Source: Patescibacteria group bacterium
Lineage (GTDB): Bacteria; Patescibacteriota; Minisyncoccia; Phycocordibacterales; DATDWN01
Direction of reading: 5' to 3'
DNA length: 64,000 nucleotides
Assembly (NCBI GenBank): GCA_040384485.1
Contig: JAZKJH010000002.1
Location: 150,235 to 214,234, forward strand
Shown: piece after piece, positions 46,360-55,660 of the stretch
How the letters are laid out: each line of letters opens with the position of its first letter
How positions within the stretch are numbered: position 1 is the first letter of the stretch
The notes under the pieces: model-generated
Told to the model about the DNA's origin: nothing
Database searches by the model: none
The model's input: only the letters and a program-made list of their open reading frames with translations
Position numbers and translations under genes: made by a program

Positions 46360-46659
46360 ATGCACATGATTTCGTTATCACAGCGCACAATCGAGATTCA
46401 TCATCTTGCCGTCGCTCTTCGGGAGGGATGGGACAGCCGTCAGGTTTTTATTGATCCAGACGTCTACGACGAATCACGACTTCATATTCCAGGTTGGAAT
46501 ACCTTGAATCCAGGTTGGCTTACTGCCTTAAAAAGGTTGTCTGAGTTGATGGATATCCCTCTATCCTTCGCCGATGAGATTGAAAAGTCCACAGCACGAC
46601 CCCGATATGTTCTACGACTTCTGCAAGAAGCAGAAGGATTTCTCAAAATTGCGCAGTAG
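46360..46659 (+). CDS. hypothetical protein (99 aa) - first gene of the high-GC small-gene cluster
   Basis: Start MHMISLSQ (GGAGG 5 nt upstream); no domain recognised. Confidence 0.45.
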   Translation: MHMISLSQRTIEIHHLAVALREGWDSRQVFIDPDVYDESRLHIPGWNTLNPGWLTALKRLSELMDIPLSFADEIEKSTARPRYVLRLLQEAEGFLKIAQ

Positions 46660-46676
46660 CTCCGAGCTACCAACAA

Positions 46677-46702
46677 ACACCCAGAACACCGGGTGTTTTT
46701 TA
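46677..46702 (+). terminator. intrinsic terminator
   Basis: acacccagaacaccgggtgt tttttt. Confidence 0.55.
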
Positions 46703-46704
46703 TT

Positions 46705-46735
46705 ACTTGACTTTTCAAAATTTTATTATAATCTG
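46705..46735 (+). promoter_or_regulatory. promoter-like element of module 1 (TTGACT ... TATAAT, short spacer)
   Basis: cTTGACTtttcaaaattttatTATAATctg; the -10 is perfect; -35 spacing is only 14 nt, so the true -35 may be the weaker TTACTT. Confidence 0.35.
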
Positions 46736-46752
46736 ATCTTGGGAGGCAGTTT

Positions 46753-46926
46753 ATGTCACAATTCGCTCGTCTGATGGTTATTGGGGGCGCAATACTCGGC
46801 TATCTAACAATCAAGCAGTTTCCTCAAGATGCGGTTCCAGCAATTTTTCTTTTTTCAGCAGTGATCCTGGAAATTATTGGTAACCAGATTTGCGAAGCAA
46901 TTCGTGCTAACAAAAAGGAAGCCTGA
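46753..46926 (+). CDS. 2-TM mini-protein, paralog A (57 aa; not in ORF track)
   Basis: MSQFARLMVIGGAILGYLTIKQFPQDAVPAIFLFSAVILEIIGNQICEAIRANKKEA; GGGAGG 6 nt upstream; C-terminal motif I-x-EAIRxxKK is shared with paralogs B and D. Confidence 0.45.
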   Translation: MSQFARLMVIGGAILGYLTIKQFPQDAVPAIFLFSAVILEIIGNQICEAIRANKKEA

Positions 46927-47090
46927 TGGACAGCAGGCGATGGAATGCTTTGTGGCTTCTTTGGTTGATTGTGACCTACATCATTTGGGGCTATAACTAC
47001 CAATGGCGAATGATGCTCGCGTCTGCCATCATCGGGTGGATCGTTCTCGATCTAGTGGACTGCGTCATCGAAGCAATCAAGAAAAAATAG
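46926..47090 (+). CDS. 2-TM mini-protein, paralog B (54 aa; not in ORF track)
   Basis: MDSRRWNALWLLWLIVTYIIWGYNYQWRMMLASAIIGWIVLDLVDCVIEAIKKK; ATGA start/stop overlap with paralog A (translational coupling); AAGGAAG RBS. Confidence 0.45.
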   Translation: MDSRRWNALWLLWLIVTYIIWGYNYQWRMMLASAIIGWIVLDLVDCVIEAIKKK

Positions 47091-47100
47091 TAGTTTGACA

Positions 47101-47129
47101 CCGCGCTCGGGGAAACCTGGGCGCTTTTT
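47101..47129 (+). terminator. intrinsic terminator carrying a conserved motif (caccgcgctcgggga...)
   Basis: ccgcgctcggggaaacctgggcgc ttttt; the same 17-nt motif recurs in the terminator at 47763. Confidence 0.5.
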
Positions 47130-47135
47130 ATTACC

Positions 47136-47170
47136 TTGACTTATTTATAATAATATGTTAATATTAGGAA
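47136..47170 (+). promoter_or_regulatory. promoter-like element of module 2
   Basis: cTTGACTtatttataataatatgtTAATATtagg (TTGACT-17-TAATAT). Confidence 0.35.
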
Positions 47171-47190
47171 AGGAAACAAAAGGAGCACCC

Positions 47191-47562
47191 ATGATTTTTG
47201 GTAACGGTAAGTCTGAGCGGGTCCAGCCCTCCGTGCGTGAGGAAATTCGACAGATGCATCAGGCAGACGACGAGGACCTGTTCGATCAGCTCCTCCTCGA
47301 CTACCGCGATGAACGCTACGCCATCCCCAATAGTGCCAGGTATTCTCACTACTTCGACCTTGAGGACGACTTCGATCCTTCGCCAACTACGCGACCGGAT
47401 GTCATCGACCTCGAAGATTCGGACTACGATTACCAGGACTACTCGGATCGCGGACCCTTTCATTTCATGAGGAACGGAGTTACTGACGAGCGGTCAGAGA
47501 GCGACCTCGAGGATGACTTCAAATTTGAGCTGATGCTGCGACGATCATCACCGCTAGACTAA
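47191..47562 (+). CDS. highly acidic protein (123 aa, about 33 Asp/Glu; DNA-mimic-like composition)
   Basis: Start at ATG 47191 with AAAAGGAG upstream (the ORF-track start at 47155 has no RBS); sequence rich in DLEDDFD / DSDYDYQDYSD runs. Confidence 0.5.
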   Translation: MIFGNGKSERVQPSVREEIRQMHQADDEDLFDQLLLDYRDERYAIPNSARYSHYFDLEDDFDPSPTTRPDVIDLEDSDYDYQDYSDRGPFHFMRNGVTDERSESDLEDDFKFELMLRRSSPLD

Positions 47563-47575
47563 CAAGGAGATATGC

Positions 47576-47749
47576 GTGTCAGGAGAACGATGGTACGTTA
47601 TGTGGGCTCTTTGGGTCATTGCATGCTACCTCATATGGGGTGGTAGGACAGGGACCGGACAGCCACAAATCATGTTTGCCGTGATCATATTCGGCGTGGT
47701 AGCCGGTATCGCGCTCGATGGCCTAATCAAGGCAATCAAGAGTAAATGA
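47576..47749 (+). CDS. 2-TM mini-protein, paralog D (57 aa, GTG start; not in ORF track)
   Basis: VSGERWYVMWALWVIACYLIWGGRTGTGQPQIMFAVIIFGVVAGIALDGLIKAIKSK; AAGGAG 6 nt before the GTG; aligns along its whole length with paralog B (RW..W.LW.I..Y.IWG...AIK.K). Confidence 0.4.
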   Translation: MSGERWYVMWALWVIACYLIWGGRTGTGQPQIMFAVIIFGVVAGIALDGLIKAIKSK

Positions 47750-47762
47750 CTTTTCAACACCG

Positions 47763-47795
47763 CGCTCGGGGAATTCCTCCCCGAGCGTTTTTTTT
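47763..47795 (+). terminator. intrinsic terminator carrying a conserved motif
   Basis: cgctcgggga attcct ccccgagcg tttttttt; perfect 10-bp stem. Confidence 0.65.
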
Positions 47796-47876
47796 AACTC
47801 TGTCGTAAAAATATATTTTATCATCTAAGTAGACTTTTAATACTGTTTGTGAGATTGTTTTACAGGGAGAACACTG

Positions 47877-48116
47877 ATGATAAAAGTGATCATAACGTAC
47901 CATTCAGATTCAGGAGAACTGATTAAGCCTCCAGACCACTATCCCGCTGTGATTGATTTTCAGTTGAATAATGCATGCGAAGTGACGGATGACAAAGTCA
48001 AGGACATGGTAGAATCTTTTCTAAGATCTGTACACGACGAAGTTCTACCAAATGGAATTGAAATCGGCTGGGGGTTTTCCGACTCTATAACACCTCTAGT
48101 GGATCACAAAAAATAA
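47877..48116 (+). CDS. hypothetical small protein (79 aa)
   Basis: MIKVIITYHSDSGELIKPPDHYP...; GGGAGA RBS; the N-terminus loosely resembles the HicB-like mini-protein at 22356-22511. Confidence 0.45.
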   Translation: MIKVIITYHSDSGELIKPPDHYPAVIDFQLNNACEVTDDKVKDMVESFLRSVHDEVLPNGIEIGWGFSDSITPLVDHKK

Positions 48117-48131
48117 TGACATACCAATAAT

Positions 48132-48175
48132 GCGTTCGTGGAGTTCCTCCCTCGAACGCATTTTTATTATCCATC
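48132..48175 (+). terminator. intrinsic terminator
   Basis: gcgttcgtggag ttcct ccctcgaacgc attttt. Confidence 0.55.
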
Positions 48176-48332
48176 TTCTTCGCTTAAAAGTAACTGCTTG
48201 TAATTGAAAAAGGCCTTTCGTCGGAGAGTCACTTCGGTCTGATGACCTCTAGTATTTCCTCGCCTTCTCTCGTCAATCGCAGCCGACCACGGCTAGATAG
48301 ATTGCCTTTTGAGATTATATGCTGTTATTTAT

Positions 48333-50966
48333 TTATCCCTTCCTATACGCTTTGTATTGTTTCAAAGCCTTCTTCAAATACTTCCCTGTATAACTTTTTT
48401 CGTTATTTGCTATCTCCTCTGGAGTTCCTTTGGCTACAAGCTGTCCACCACCTTCCCCACCTTCAGGACCAATATCTAGAACATAGTCACTAGATTTTAT
48501 AATATCCATATTGTGCTCAATAACTAAAACAGAGTTACCCTTGTTTACTAGTTGCTGGAGAATCTCAATAAGTTTTTTTACATCCTCGTAGTGTAATCCG
48601 ATAGTTGGTTCGTCTAGAATATACATAGTTTTTTGCAAATGCGCTCTGTATAGTTCAGAAGATATTTTTACACGCTGAGCTTCACCACCAGAAAGAGTTG
48701 TCGCAGACTGACCGAGCTCTAGATATCCAAGCCCCACGTCATTAAGGGTTTTTAGTCGGTCATAAATAGCTGGAATATCAATAAAGAAATCTAACGCCTC
48801 CTCAACCGTCATTTTCAAAACTTCGTATATATTTTTCTTTTTATAATTCACCTCCAGAGTCTCTTTCATAAACCTTTTCCCCTTACATACATCACAGGGT
48901 ACGTACACAGTAGGCAAAAAGTGCATTTCTACTTCTATCATTCCATTACCCTGACAAGTCTCACATCGTCCACCTTTTACGTTAAAAGAAAATCTGTTAG
49001 CTTTCCATCCTCGTGCACGAGCTTCAGATGTTTCTGCAAACAAGTCACGGATAAAACTCCAAGCCCCAGTATATGTAGCAGGGTTTGAACGCGGAGTTCT
49101 GCCGATAGGACTCTGGTCTATTAGTATTGCTCGGCCCAAATACTCTGAACCAGCAAAAGTCTTACAATTAAATATTTCTGCTGTTCGATATCTTTTTTCT
49201 AGTCTTGCTTGCAGGTTCTTATACAAAATCTCATAAACAAAAGATGATTTACCTGAACCAGATACTCCCGTCACCGAAACAAACCTACCGAGTGGAATAT
49301 CCACATTCATATTTTTTATATTGAAAACTTTTCCTCCGCGAATTTGAATATCACCTTTTGGATGGTCGCGTCTTTCCGCTGGAACTTCCAGAACTTTGTC
49401 CCCTCGCAAATAGTCTAGTGTGTTTGAACCGCTCACATTTTTCTTGGCAGTCAAAAGCTCGTTCAAATCCCCCGCCACAACAACATTACCACCGTGTATA
49501 CCCGCACCAGGGCCTATGTCTACTATATAGTCCGATGCATATATAGTGTCCTCGTCATGCTCTACCACGATAATAGTATTGCCGAGGTCACGTAAATCCA
49601 GGAGAGTTTGGATCAATCTGTCATTGTCTCTCGAGTGTAGTCCAATAGTAGGCTCATCAAGCACATACAAAGCTCCTACAAGCCCTGAACCAAGCTGTGA
49701 AGCAAGACGAATTCTCTGTGCCTCTCCACCAGAAAGAGTGTGAGCTCGTCTGTTTAGCGACAAATACTCGATACCCACGTTGAGCATGAACAAAAGTCTC
49801 GATTCTATTTCTCGCAAAACTACTTTAGAAATATTTTTCTCTCGCTCAGACATTTTCAATCCTTCAAAAAATGCATAAGCATCTTTGATAGACATGTCAG
49901 TCAGATCTACTATGTTTTTCTTGCCTATCATCACGTGCAAAGCCTCCTCTCGAAGCCTTGCTCCTTTACACTTTGGACAAACTTCTTTTCCAAAAAAATG
50001 TTTTGTTCCTAGTCCGTTACATTCTGGACAGGCACCGTATGGAGAGTTAAAAGAAAATAGTCTTGGCTCTACTTCTGGATATGAGTAACCGTCCTTTGGA
50101 CAAGAAAGTTTTGACGACATGAAAAACTCTTCTGGTTTGTAGTCTTTTACTTTTTCTTGCGCCATGTCTCGGAACATTATTTTTACCTGACCATCAGACT
50201 CGTTTAGAGCTTTTTCCAAATCCTCTGCTAGTCGCTCCTCAGCACTTTTTTTATCGTTTTTAAAATCAAGAAGCGAAATACTGTCTACCAGTACATCTAT
50301 AGTGTGTCTCTTTGTCTTGGAAAGTTCGATTCTATCTCGGAGTGATTTTCTTTCGCCATCTATCATTATTGTTGAGTAACCTTTGCCCAGGAGGTCGTAC
50401 AACATCTGGTAGTACTCTCCCTTTCTACCTTTTACCACTGGAGAAAATATTTCTACGTATACAGGTAGTGGAATTTTTACATCTACTTTTTTAGATTTGG
50501 TGTACTCACTAATTTTTTCAAGAATAAAGTTTTTTATTTCCTCGTTTGAAAGTTTTGTTATTTCGTCGCCACAAACAAGACAATGTGGGTGCCCAACTCG
50601 AGAATACAGTATACGCAAATAGTCGTATATCTCGGTGATAGTCGCCACAGTTGAACGAGGGTTGTTAGACCTAGATTTTTGGTCTATAGAAATAGCTGGT
50701 GAAAGTCCGACTATTTCATCCACATCAGGCTTTTGAAGTTGTCTTAGAAATTGTCTTGCGTACGAAGAAAGGGATTCTATGTATCGGCGTTGTCCTTCGG
50801 CAAAAATAGTATCAAAAGCCAGGGATGATTTCCCTGAACCAGAAAGTCCAGTAAAAACCACCATCTTGTTTCGTGGCATTTCTACTGTGATGTTTTTCAA
50901 GTTGTGGGTGCGGGCACCCTTCACAATAATTACATCATTATTTTTTTGTTCTTTTTTAGGTGACAT
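48333..50966 (-). CDS. uvrA: excinuclease ABC subunit A
   Basis: 877 aa; two ABC ATPase modules ([12 protein letters not shown] and [10 protein letters not shown]) with zinc-finger inserts. Confidence 0.95.
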   Translation of the reverse strand: MSPKKEQKNNDVIIVKGARTHNLKNITVEMPRNKMVVFTGLSGSGKSSLAFDTIFAEGQRRYIESLSSYARQFLRQLQKPDVDEIVGLSPAISIDQKSRSNNPRSTVATITEIYDYLRILYSRVGHPHCLVCGDEITKLSNEEIKNFILEKISEYTKSKKVDVKIPLPVYVEIFSPVVKGRKGEYYQMLYDLLGKGYSTIMIDGERKSLRDRIELSKTKRHTIDVLVDSISLLDFKNDKKSAEERLAEDLEKALNESDGQVKIMFRDMAQEKVKDYKPEEFFMSSKLSCPKDGYSYPEVEPRLFSFNSPYGACPECNGLGTKHFFGKEVCPKCKGARLREEALHVMIGKKNIVDLTDMSIKDAYAFFEGLKMSEREKNISKVVLREIESRLLFMLNVGIEYLSLNRRAHTLSGGEAQRIRLASQLGSGLVGALYVLDEPTIGLHSRDNDRLIQTLLDLRDLGNTIIVVEHDEDTIYASDYIVDIGPGAGIHGGNVVVAGDLNELLTAKKNVSGSNTLDYLRGDKVLEVPAERRDHPKGDIQIRGGKVFNIKNMNVDIPLGRFVSVTGVSGSGKSSFVYEILYKNLQARLEKRYRTAEIFNCKTFAGSEYLGRAILIDQSPIGRTPRSNPATYTGAWSFIRDLFAETSEARARGWKANRFSFNVKGGRCETCQGNGMIEVEMHFLPTVYVPCDVCKGKRFMKETLEVNYKKKNIYEVLKMTVEEALDFFIDIPAIYDRLKTLNDVGLGYLELGQSATTLSGGEAQRVKISSELYRAHLQKTMYILDEPTIGLHYEDVKKLIEILQQLVNKGNSVLVIEHNMDIIKSSDYVLDIGPEGGEGGGQLVAKGTPEEIANNEKSYTGKYLKKALKQYKAYRKG

Positions 50967-51068
50967 GTACGCAAATAAACCCCTGAATCTCCCTATGGGT
51001 TAAGTATGAGCATATCATAAACTCCCTATAAAAAACAGACTCGTTACAAATGCAACGAGTCTGAGAAT

Positions 51069-51308
51069 TTACTTGTTCTTGCGAAAGAAAAACCACAGAA
51101 CAAAAGGGGTGCCGACCACCAAAACGATTAGAGCTTGTTTTGGTGTTTTAATGAACAACCCGGCTAAATCGCTCAAAATAGACACCGTACCTATTTCACC
51201 TTTGCAGAACTTGCGAGGTTGAGGCCCATAAGGACCGTTGCGATAGTCATAACTGAGAGTAGCCCAATGTACAAATGTGTTGGGTTCATTTGAGTCTCCG
51301 CTCAACAT
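51069..51308 (-). CDS. hypothetical small membrane protein (weak)
   Basis: 79 aa; C-terminal TM ALIVLVVGTPFVLWFFF. Confidence 0.3.
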   Translation of the reverse strand: MLSGDSNEPNTFVHWATLSYDYRNGPYGPQPRKFCKGEIGTVSILSDLAGLFIKTPKQALIVLVVGTPFVLWFFFRKNK

Positions 51309-51342
51309 ACTACTCTTTTTACAAGAAACCTCAAGTAGAAAG

Positions 51343-53442
51343 CTACCTTAGGGCATCCTTTGCACCTCTTTTGTTTTTTGGTTTTTCCTCAAGTTTTGCA
51401 GCGGCAGTTTTTTTAGCCTCTAGTCTTTTCTGCAACTCAACTATCTCATCTCGCAGTATCGCCGCTGTTTCAAAGTCTAAAATTTTCACCGCACCATCCA
51501 TTTGTTTTTCTTTTTGTCGTATCAGTTTCTCTGGGTTTTTCTCCAACATTTTTTGATCAAGTAACAACAAAGAATCCACAGTTTTCTTGTGCTCTGTTTT
51601 CATTTGGTCCGTGATGTCCTGGATTTTCTTTATGATGGTCTTCGGAGTGATACCATGTTTCTTGTTGTATTCCATCTGCAAGTTTCTTCTCCTTTCTGTC
51701 TCGCCTATAGCATTTTTCATGGAGTCAGTCATATGGTCCGCATACAAAATAACTCGTCCATCAGAGTTTCTAGCTGCACGACCTATTATCTGTATAAGAC
51801 TCCTTTCACTACGTAGAAATCCCTCTTTGTCTGCATCAAGTATCCCGATAAGTGTCACTTCTGGCAGGTCTAGCCCTTCTCTTAGCAAGTTTACTCCTAC
51901 TATCACATCAAACTCACCTCGACGAAGAGCCGTTAAGATTTCTATTCTTTGTATTGTTTTTATATCACTATGCAAATACTCAGCACGAATACCTTTTTCT
52001 TTTAGATACTCAGACAAGTCCTCTGCCATTTTCTTGGTCAAGGTCGTTGCGATAACACGCCCACCTTTTTTAATAGCTGCCTGTGCCTCTTTTATAAAAT
52101 CAAAAATCTGACCTTTGTAATTTCCCTTTTCTACTATTGGGCGCACTTCAACCACTGGGTCAAGCAATCCTGTAGGTCGTATCACCTGCTCTACTATTTG
52201 CTCCGAGTTCTCTCCTTCATAGTTTCCAGGAGTCGCCGATGTATATATCACTTGCCCGACTCGTTCTTCAAATTCTTTAAAATTCAAAGGTCTGTTGTCA
52301 CGTGCACTTGGTAGTCGAAAACCGAAATCCACCAAACTATTTTTTCGAGACGCATCACCACCCTGCATCGCGCCTATCTGAGGAACCGAAACGTGAGACT
52401 CGTCTATGATAGTCAGAAAGTCTGGAGTACCATCGGCCTTATGAGGAAAATACGAAAGCAAAGTGTCAGGAGCCTCTCCAGGTTTCTTGCCAGAAAAATG
52501 TCTTGAATAGTTTTCTATTCCGTTACAGTAACCCATCTCTCGGATAAGAGCCAAGTCGTATGTAGTTCTTCTTTTCAATCTTTCTGCCTCCAAGTTTTTG
52601 CCCTCTTTCTCTAGCTCCTTCAATCTTTGGGTTAATTCCTTTTTTATAGAGTCAAAAGCTTTTTTACTTTGTTCGTCTGTAGAAATAAAGTGCTTTGCAG
52701 GAAACAAGAAGAAAAATTCAACCTCATTCTCGATAGCCCGAGTAATACTATCTATTTTCAAAATTTCTTTTATTTTGTTATCGACTATTTCTAACCTATA
52801 AATAACCTTTTCTGACACCGGCATAATTTCAATCATGTTTCCTATCGCACGAAACATACCGGGCACCAGGTCCGCTGTGGTTCGTTCAAAATGAATATCT
52901 ACAAGTTTTCGTATGAAATCCGCTCGAGAGATTTGCTCCCCTTTCATTATCTTCAAATTCACCTTTTCATATTCCACCGGAGAACCCAGACCGTAGATAC
53001 AAGAAACAGACGCGACAATAATCACGTCTTTACGGGTTAGTAGGGCTTGGGTAGAAGCATGTCGCAAACGGTCTATCTCTTCGTTAATCATTGCTTCCTT
53101 CTCTATATATGTATCTGAAACCGGCATATATGCCTCTGGCTGATAGTAGTCATAGTAGGAAACAAAGTAATGCACGGCATTGTTGGGGAAAAATTCTTTG
53201 TACTCTTGAGCTAGCTGGGCAGCTAGAGTTTTATTGTGAGCTATAACTAGAGTCGGTTTCTGAATCTCTTGAATAACATTGGCGATAGTGTAGGTTTTAC
53301 CAGATCCAGTCACACCCAAAAGAGTCTGATGTCTCAGACCGTTTTTAACACCGTCAACGAGACCTTGGATAGCTTTGGGTTGATCCCCAGCCGGCTCAAA
53401 GTCTCTATGTATTTTGAATAATTCTTTTGCCATTACTGACAC
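51343..53442 (-). CDS. uvrB: excinuclease ABC subunit B
   Basis: 699 aa; helicase motifs (GVTGSGKT, DESH), C-terminal UVR domain. Confidence 0.95.
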   Translation of the reverse strand: MSVMAKELFKIHRDFEPAGDQPKAIQGLVDGVKNGLRHQTLLGVTGSGKTYTIANVIQEIQKPTLVIAHNKTLAAQLAQEYKEFFPNNAVHYFVSYYDYYQPEAYMPVSDTYIEKEAMINEEIDRLRHASTQALLTRKDVIIVASVSCIYGLGSPVEYEKVNLKIMKGEQISRADFIRKLVDIHFERTTADLVPGMFRAIGNMIEIMPVSEKVIYRLEIVDNKIKEILKIDSITRAIENEVEFFFLFPAKHFISTDEQSKKAFDSIKKELTQRLKELEKEGKNLEAERLKRRTTYDLALIREMGYCNGIENYSRHFSGKKPGEAPDTLLSYFPHKADGTPDFLTIIDESHVSVPQIGAMQGGDASRKNSLVDFGFRLPSARDNRPLNFKEFEERVGQVIYTSATPGNYEGENSEQIVEQVIRPTGLLDPVVEVRPIVEKGNYKGQIFDFIKEAQAAIKKGGRVIATTLTKKMAEDLSEYLKEKGIRAEYLHSDIKTIQRIEILTALRRGEFDVIVGVNLLREGLDLPEVTLIGILDADKEGFLRSERSLIQIIGRAARNSDGRVILYADHMTDSMKNAIGETERRRNLQMEYNKKHGITPKTIIKKIQDITDQMKTEHKKTVDSLLLLDQKMLEKNPEKLIRQKEKQMDGAVKILDFETAAILRDEIVELQKRLEAKKTAAAKLEEKPKNKRGAKDALR

Positions 53443-53477
53443 TATACAACAGAAATGAATAAAATAGAAAAAACCGC

Positions 53478-53687
53478 CTAAGCGGTTTTGGACTTTCCTT
53501 TTCTCCTTGGCACAAAGAATGTTGCTTTGGATGTGATGGGTTTGCGCTCATTCTCGATTAGACTGAGCATGCTCGCCCTGTGTTCGGGCGAAAGAGGTTC
53601 CAATTTCAATTTCCTTTTTGGAAGATTACTTGGGGTATTACCCGAGACATCAACATGCTTACTTGGAAAACTGATTCTTCTGGTCAT
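53478..53687 (-). CDS. hypothetical small basic protein (elevated GC)
   Basis: 69 aa; AGGAGA 5 nt upstream. Confidence 0.35.
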   Translation of the reverse strand: MTRRISFPSKHVDVSGNTPSNLPKRKLKLEPLSPEHRASMLSLIENERKPITSKATFFVPRRKGKSKTA

Positions 53688-53696
53688 TTCTCTCTC

Positions 53697-53832
53697 CTAA
53701 AAAACATATGCTGGCCAAAAAATAACAGTCGAAAGTTGTGAATACCAAGGCTCGTTCTTCGTAGAAGTGATGCCGTTCACACCTGCTCCCAACAAAAGCC
53801 ACCCAAGAAGAATCAAAGACCATGTAGGCATA
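53697..53832 (-). CDS. candidate 44-aa membrane peptide (not in ORF track; coordinates +-1)
   Basis: MPTWSLILLGWLLLGAGVNGITSTKNEPWYSQLSTVIFWPAYVF; GGAGGG 5 nt upstream; ends 10 nt before the next gene. Confidence 0.3.
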
Positions 53833-53867
53833 ATGCCCTCCACTTAGAATCCTACTGGTTTCTAGTC

Positions 53868-55082
53868 TTAAGTCAATTTATTTTTATAGTATCTCTCCAC
53901 AAATTCCTTTTTATATTTCAAAAAGTCCCCGCTGTTTATCTCTTCTCTCATTCTATCTACCATACTAACTATAAAATGTGTGTTGTGTATTGATGCCAGA
54001 ACTCCTGCCAACATTTCTTTCTGATGAAAGAGGTGGGCCATATATCCACGAGAAAAGTTTTTGCATGCATAACACTCACAGCCTTCATCTATTGGACCTG
54101 GGTCTTCTCTGTATTCTTGGTTATAAATATTTACTTTACCGTCCTTTGTATACACACCTCCGTTTCTTCCAAGTCTGGTTGGTGCAACACAGTCAAACAA
54201 GTCACAACCTTTCTCAACTGCCATGAACAAGTCGAGCGGTTCGCCAATCCCTAGTAAATGTCTTGGTTTTTCTTTTGGCAAAATATTGTTGCACCACTCA
54301 ACCGCTTTTTCCATATCTTCTTTTTCAAAAGACCCGCCGATACCGTAGCCGTCAAAGTCGAGTCCTGCCATAAACTCTGCACTTTCTTTTCGTAAAGTCT
54401 CATCACGTCCTCCTTGAATAATACCGAACAACGCTTGAATTTTTGAATGCTCTGTTCCTTTGTGATATTCCAAACATCTTTTTGCCCACCTGTGTGTTCT
54501 TTCAAGTGCTTCCTTCTGATAGTGAAGTGACTCGTACGGAGAAGTACATTCGTCAAATGCAAAAATAATATCTGCCCCTAAATTATGTTGAATCTCGATG
54601 GATTTTTCTGGAGTAAAATAATGAGCCGAACCATCAGAGTGTGAACGGAACATAACTCCGTTGGGGTCTATGCGAGCTATTTTCGGCAGTCCATCCTCTG
54701 GTGCAGTTACTGGCAAAGCTATTTCATCTTCGTGTTTTCGGTGACCTATTTTACTCACACCTTTTTGTCCGTATGCCGCACCGAGTGAAAAAACTTGGAA
54801 ACCCCCAGAGTCAGTCATGAGAGGTTTGTTCCAATTCATAAACTTATGCAATCCTCCCAGTTTTTTTATTTTCTCATCCCCTGCTAGATACAAATGGTAC
54901 GTATTAGCGATTATTACTTGTGTTCCTGCCTCGGAAATATCTTTCGGTGACAAACCTTTTACTGTACCTTTGGTTCCCACAGACACAAAAGCCGGTGTCT
55001 GTATGTCACCGTGGGGAGTAGATATGGTTCCGGTTCTAGCAAGAGTTCCTTGAAGTTCTTTGTTAATTACGAATTTAAACAT
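53868..55082 (-). CDS. tgt: queuine tRNA-ribosyltransferase
   Basis: 404 aa; zinc site CxCxxC...H (CECYACKNFSRGYMAHLF) and the catalytic Asp region. Confidence 0.9.
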   Translation of the reverse strand: MFKFVINKELQGTLARTGTISTPHGDIQTPAFVSVGTKGTVKGLSPKDISEAGTQVIIANTYHLYLAGDEKIKKLGGLHKFMNWNKPLMTDSGGFQVFSLGAAYGQKGVSKIGHRKHEDEIALPVTAPEDGLPKIARIDPNGVMFRSHSDGSAHYFTPEKSIEIQHNLGADIIFAFDECTSPYESLHYQKEALERTHRWAKRCLEYHKGTEHSKIQALFGIIQGGRDETLRKESAEFMAGLDFDGYGIGGSFEKEDMEKAVEWCNNILPKEKPRHLLGIGEPLDLFMAVEKGCDLFDCVAPTRLGRNGGVYTKDGKVNIYNQEYREDPGPIDEGCECYACKNFSRGYMAHLFHQKEMLAGVLASIHNTHFIVSMVDRMREEINSGDFLKYKKEFVERYYKNKLT

Positions 55083-55122
55083 ACGAATAAATACAGGTTA
55101 ACATTTATATCAGAAATATAAA

Positions 55123-55155
55123 AATAAAAAAACCGCGTTCCAGAAACTGGAAGCG
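55123..55155 (-). terminator. intrinsic terminator (minus strand) immediately upstream of the tgt start
   Basis: ccgcttccagtttctggaacgcgg followed by tttttttatttttat on the minus strand. Confidence 0.5.
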
Positions 55156-55159
55156 GAGT

Positions 55160-55560
55160 GCTTTGAAACAAGAACTGAAGGTTTCCCCTGGCCCCCTAAC
55201 ACAGAATTGTATTAGGGGAACCAGGTTTCGTTGACCTAGATCACTATCAGACAGGCTACTGTTTGACTATATGACGCCGAGCTCGAACGGAGCTGGGCAT
55301 AGTCGGATCCACATTACCAAGCAGATCACAGTAAACCGGGTCAAGGTCGAAGAGTGTCCAGCTCCTCAACTTTCAAGTCTGACGAGATGTGGACACCACC
55401 GAGCGAGGCTCGATAGCATCTCTGAGAAGAGCCTTGGCATAACAACACCCTAAGCAGCACACCGTCACCCGTTTTTTTTCTTTTGGTAGGCGGGGCGGCC
55501 ACTCAGTACCCATTAAGGCCATTGGGATTCCTTTAGCTTCTCGTTAGCAATCTTTTACTA
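55160..55560 (-). ncRNA. candidate structured non-coding RNA / leader (GC-rich, about 400 nt, no ORF above 30 aa)
   Basis: GC much higher than the flanking intergenic DNA; multiple stable hairpins (ggtttcccctgg/ccaggggaaacc, cgagctcg, cgagcctcgctcg); ends in the intrinsic terminator above; class not identified. Confidence 0.3.
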
Positions 55561-55660
55561 CTTTAGCATACTATATAATATTTGTCAAATATTCAGAGCT
55601 TTAATATAAAAATAACCCTTAAATAAGGGTTATTTTTATATAGTTCGAAAATTTAGAATT

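Noticed and set aside
47155-47190. ORF-track start of the acidic protein at 47155 (MLILGKETKGAP...)
   Set aside because: That segment is the promoter/leader (TTGACT...TAATAT) with no SD. The ATG at 47191 is preceded by AAAAGGAG.
40880-55420. Hammerhead-ribozyme-like CUGANGA cores (ggaggCTGACGAgccg at about 40880; gtCTGACGAgatg at about 55378; gtCTGATGAcctc at about 48222)
   Set aside because: None is followed by the required GAAA plus stem III/stem I arrangement and UH cleavage site, so these are most likely chance heptamers. Only a covariance-model scan could revive them.
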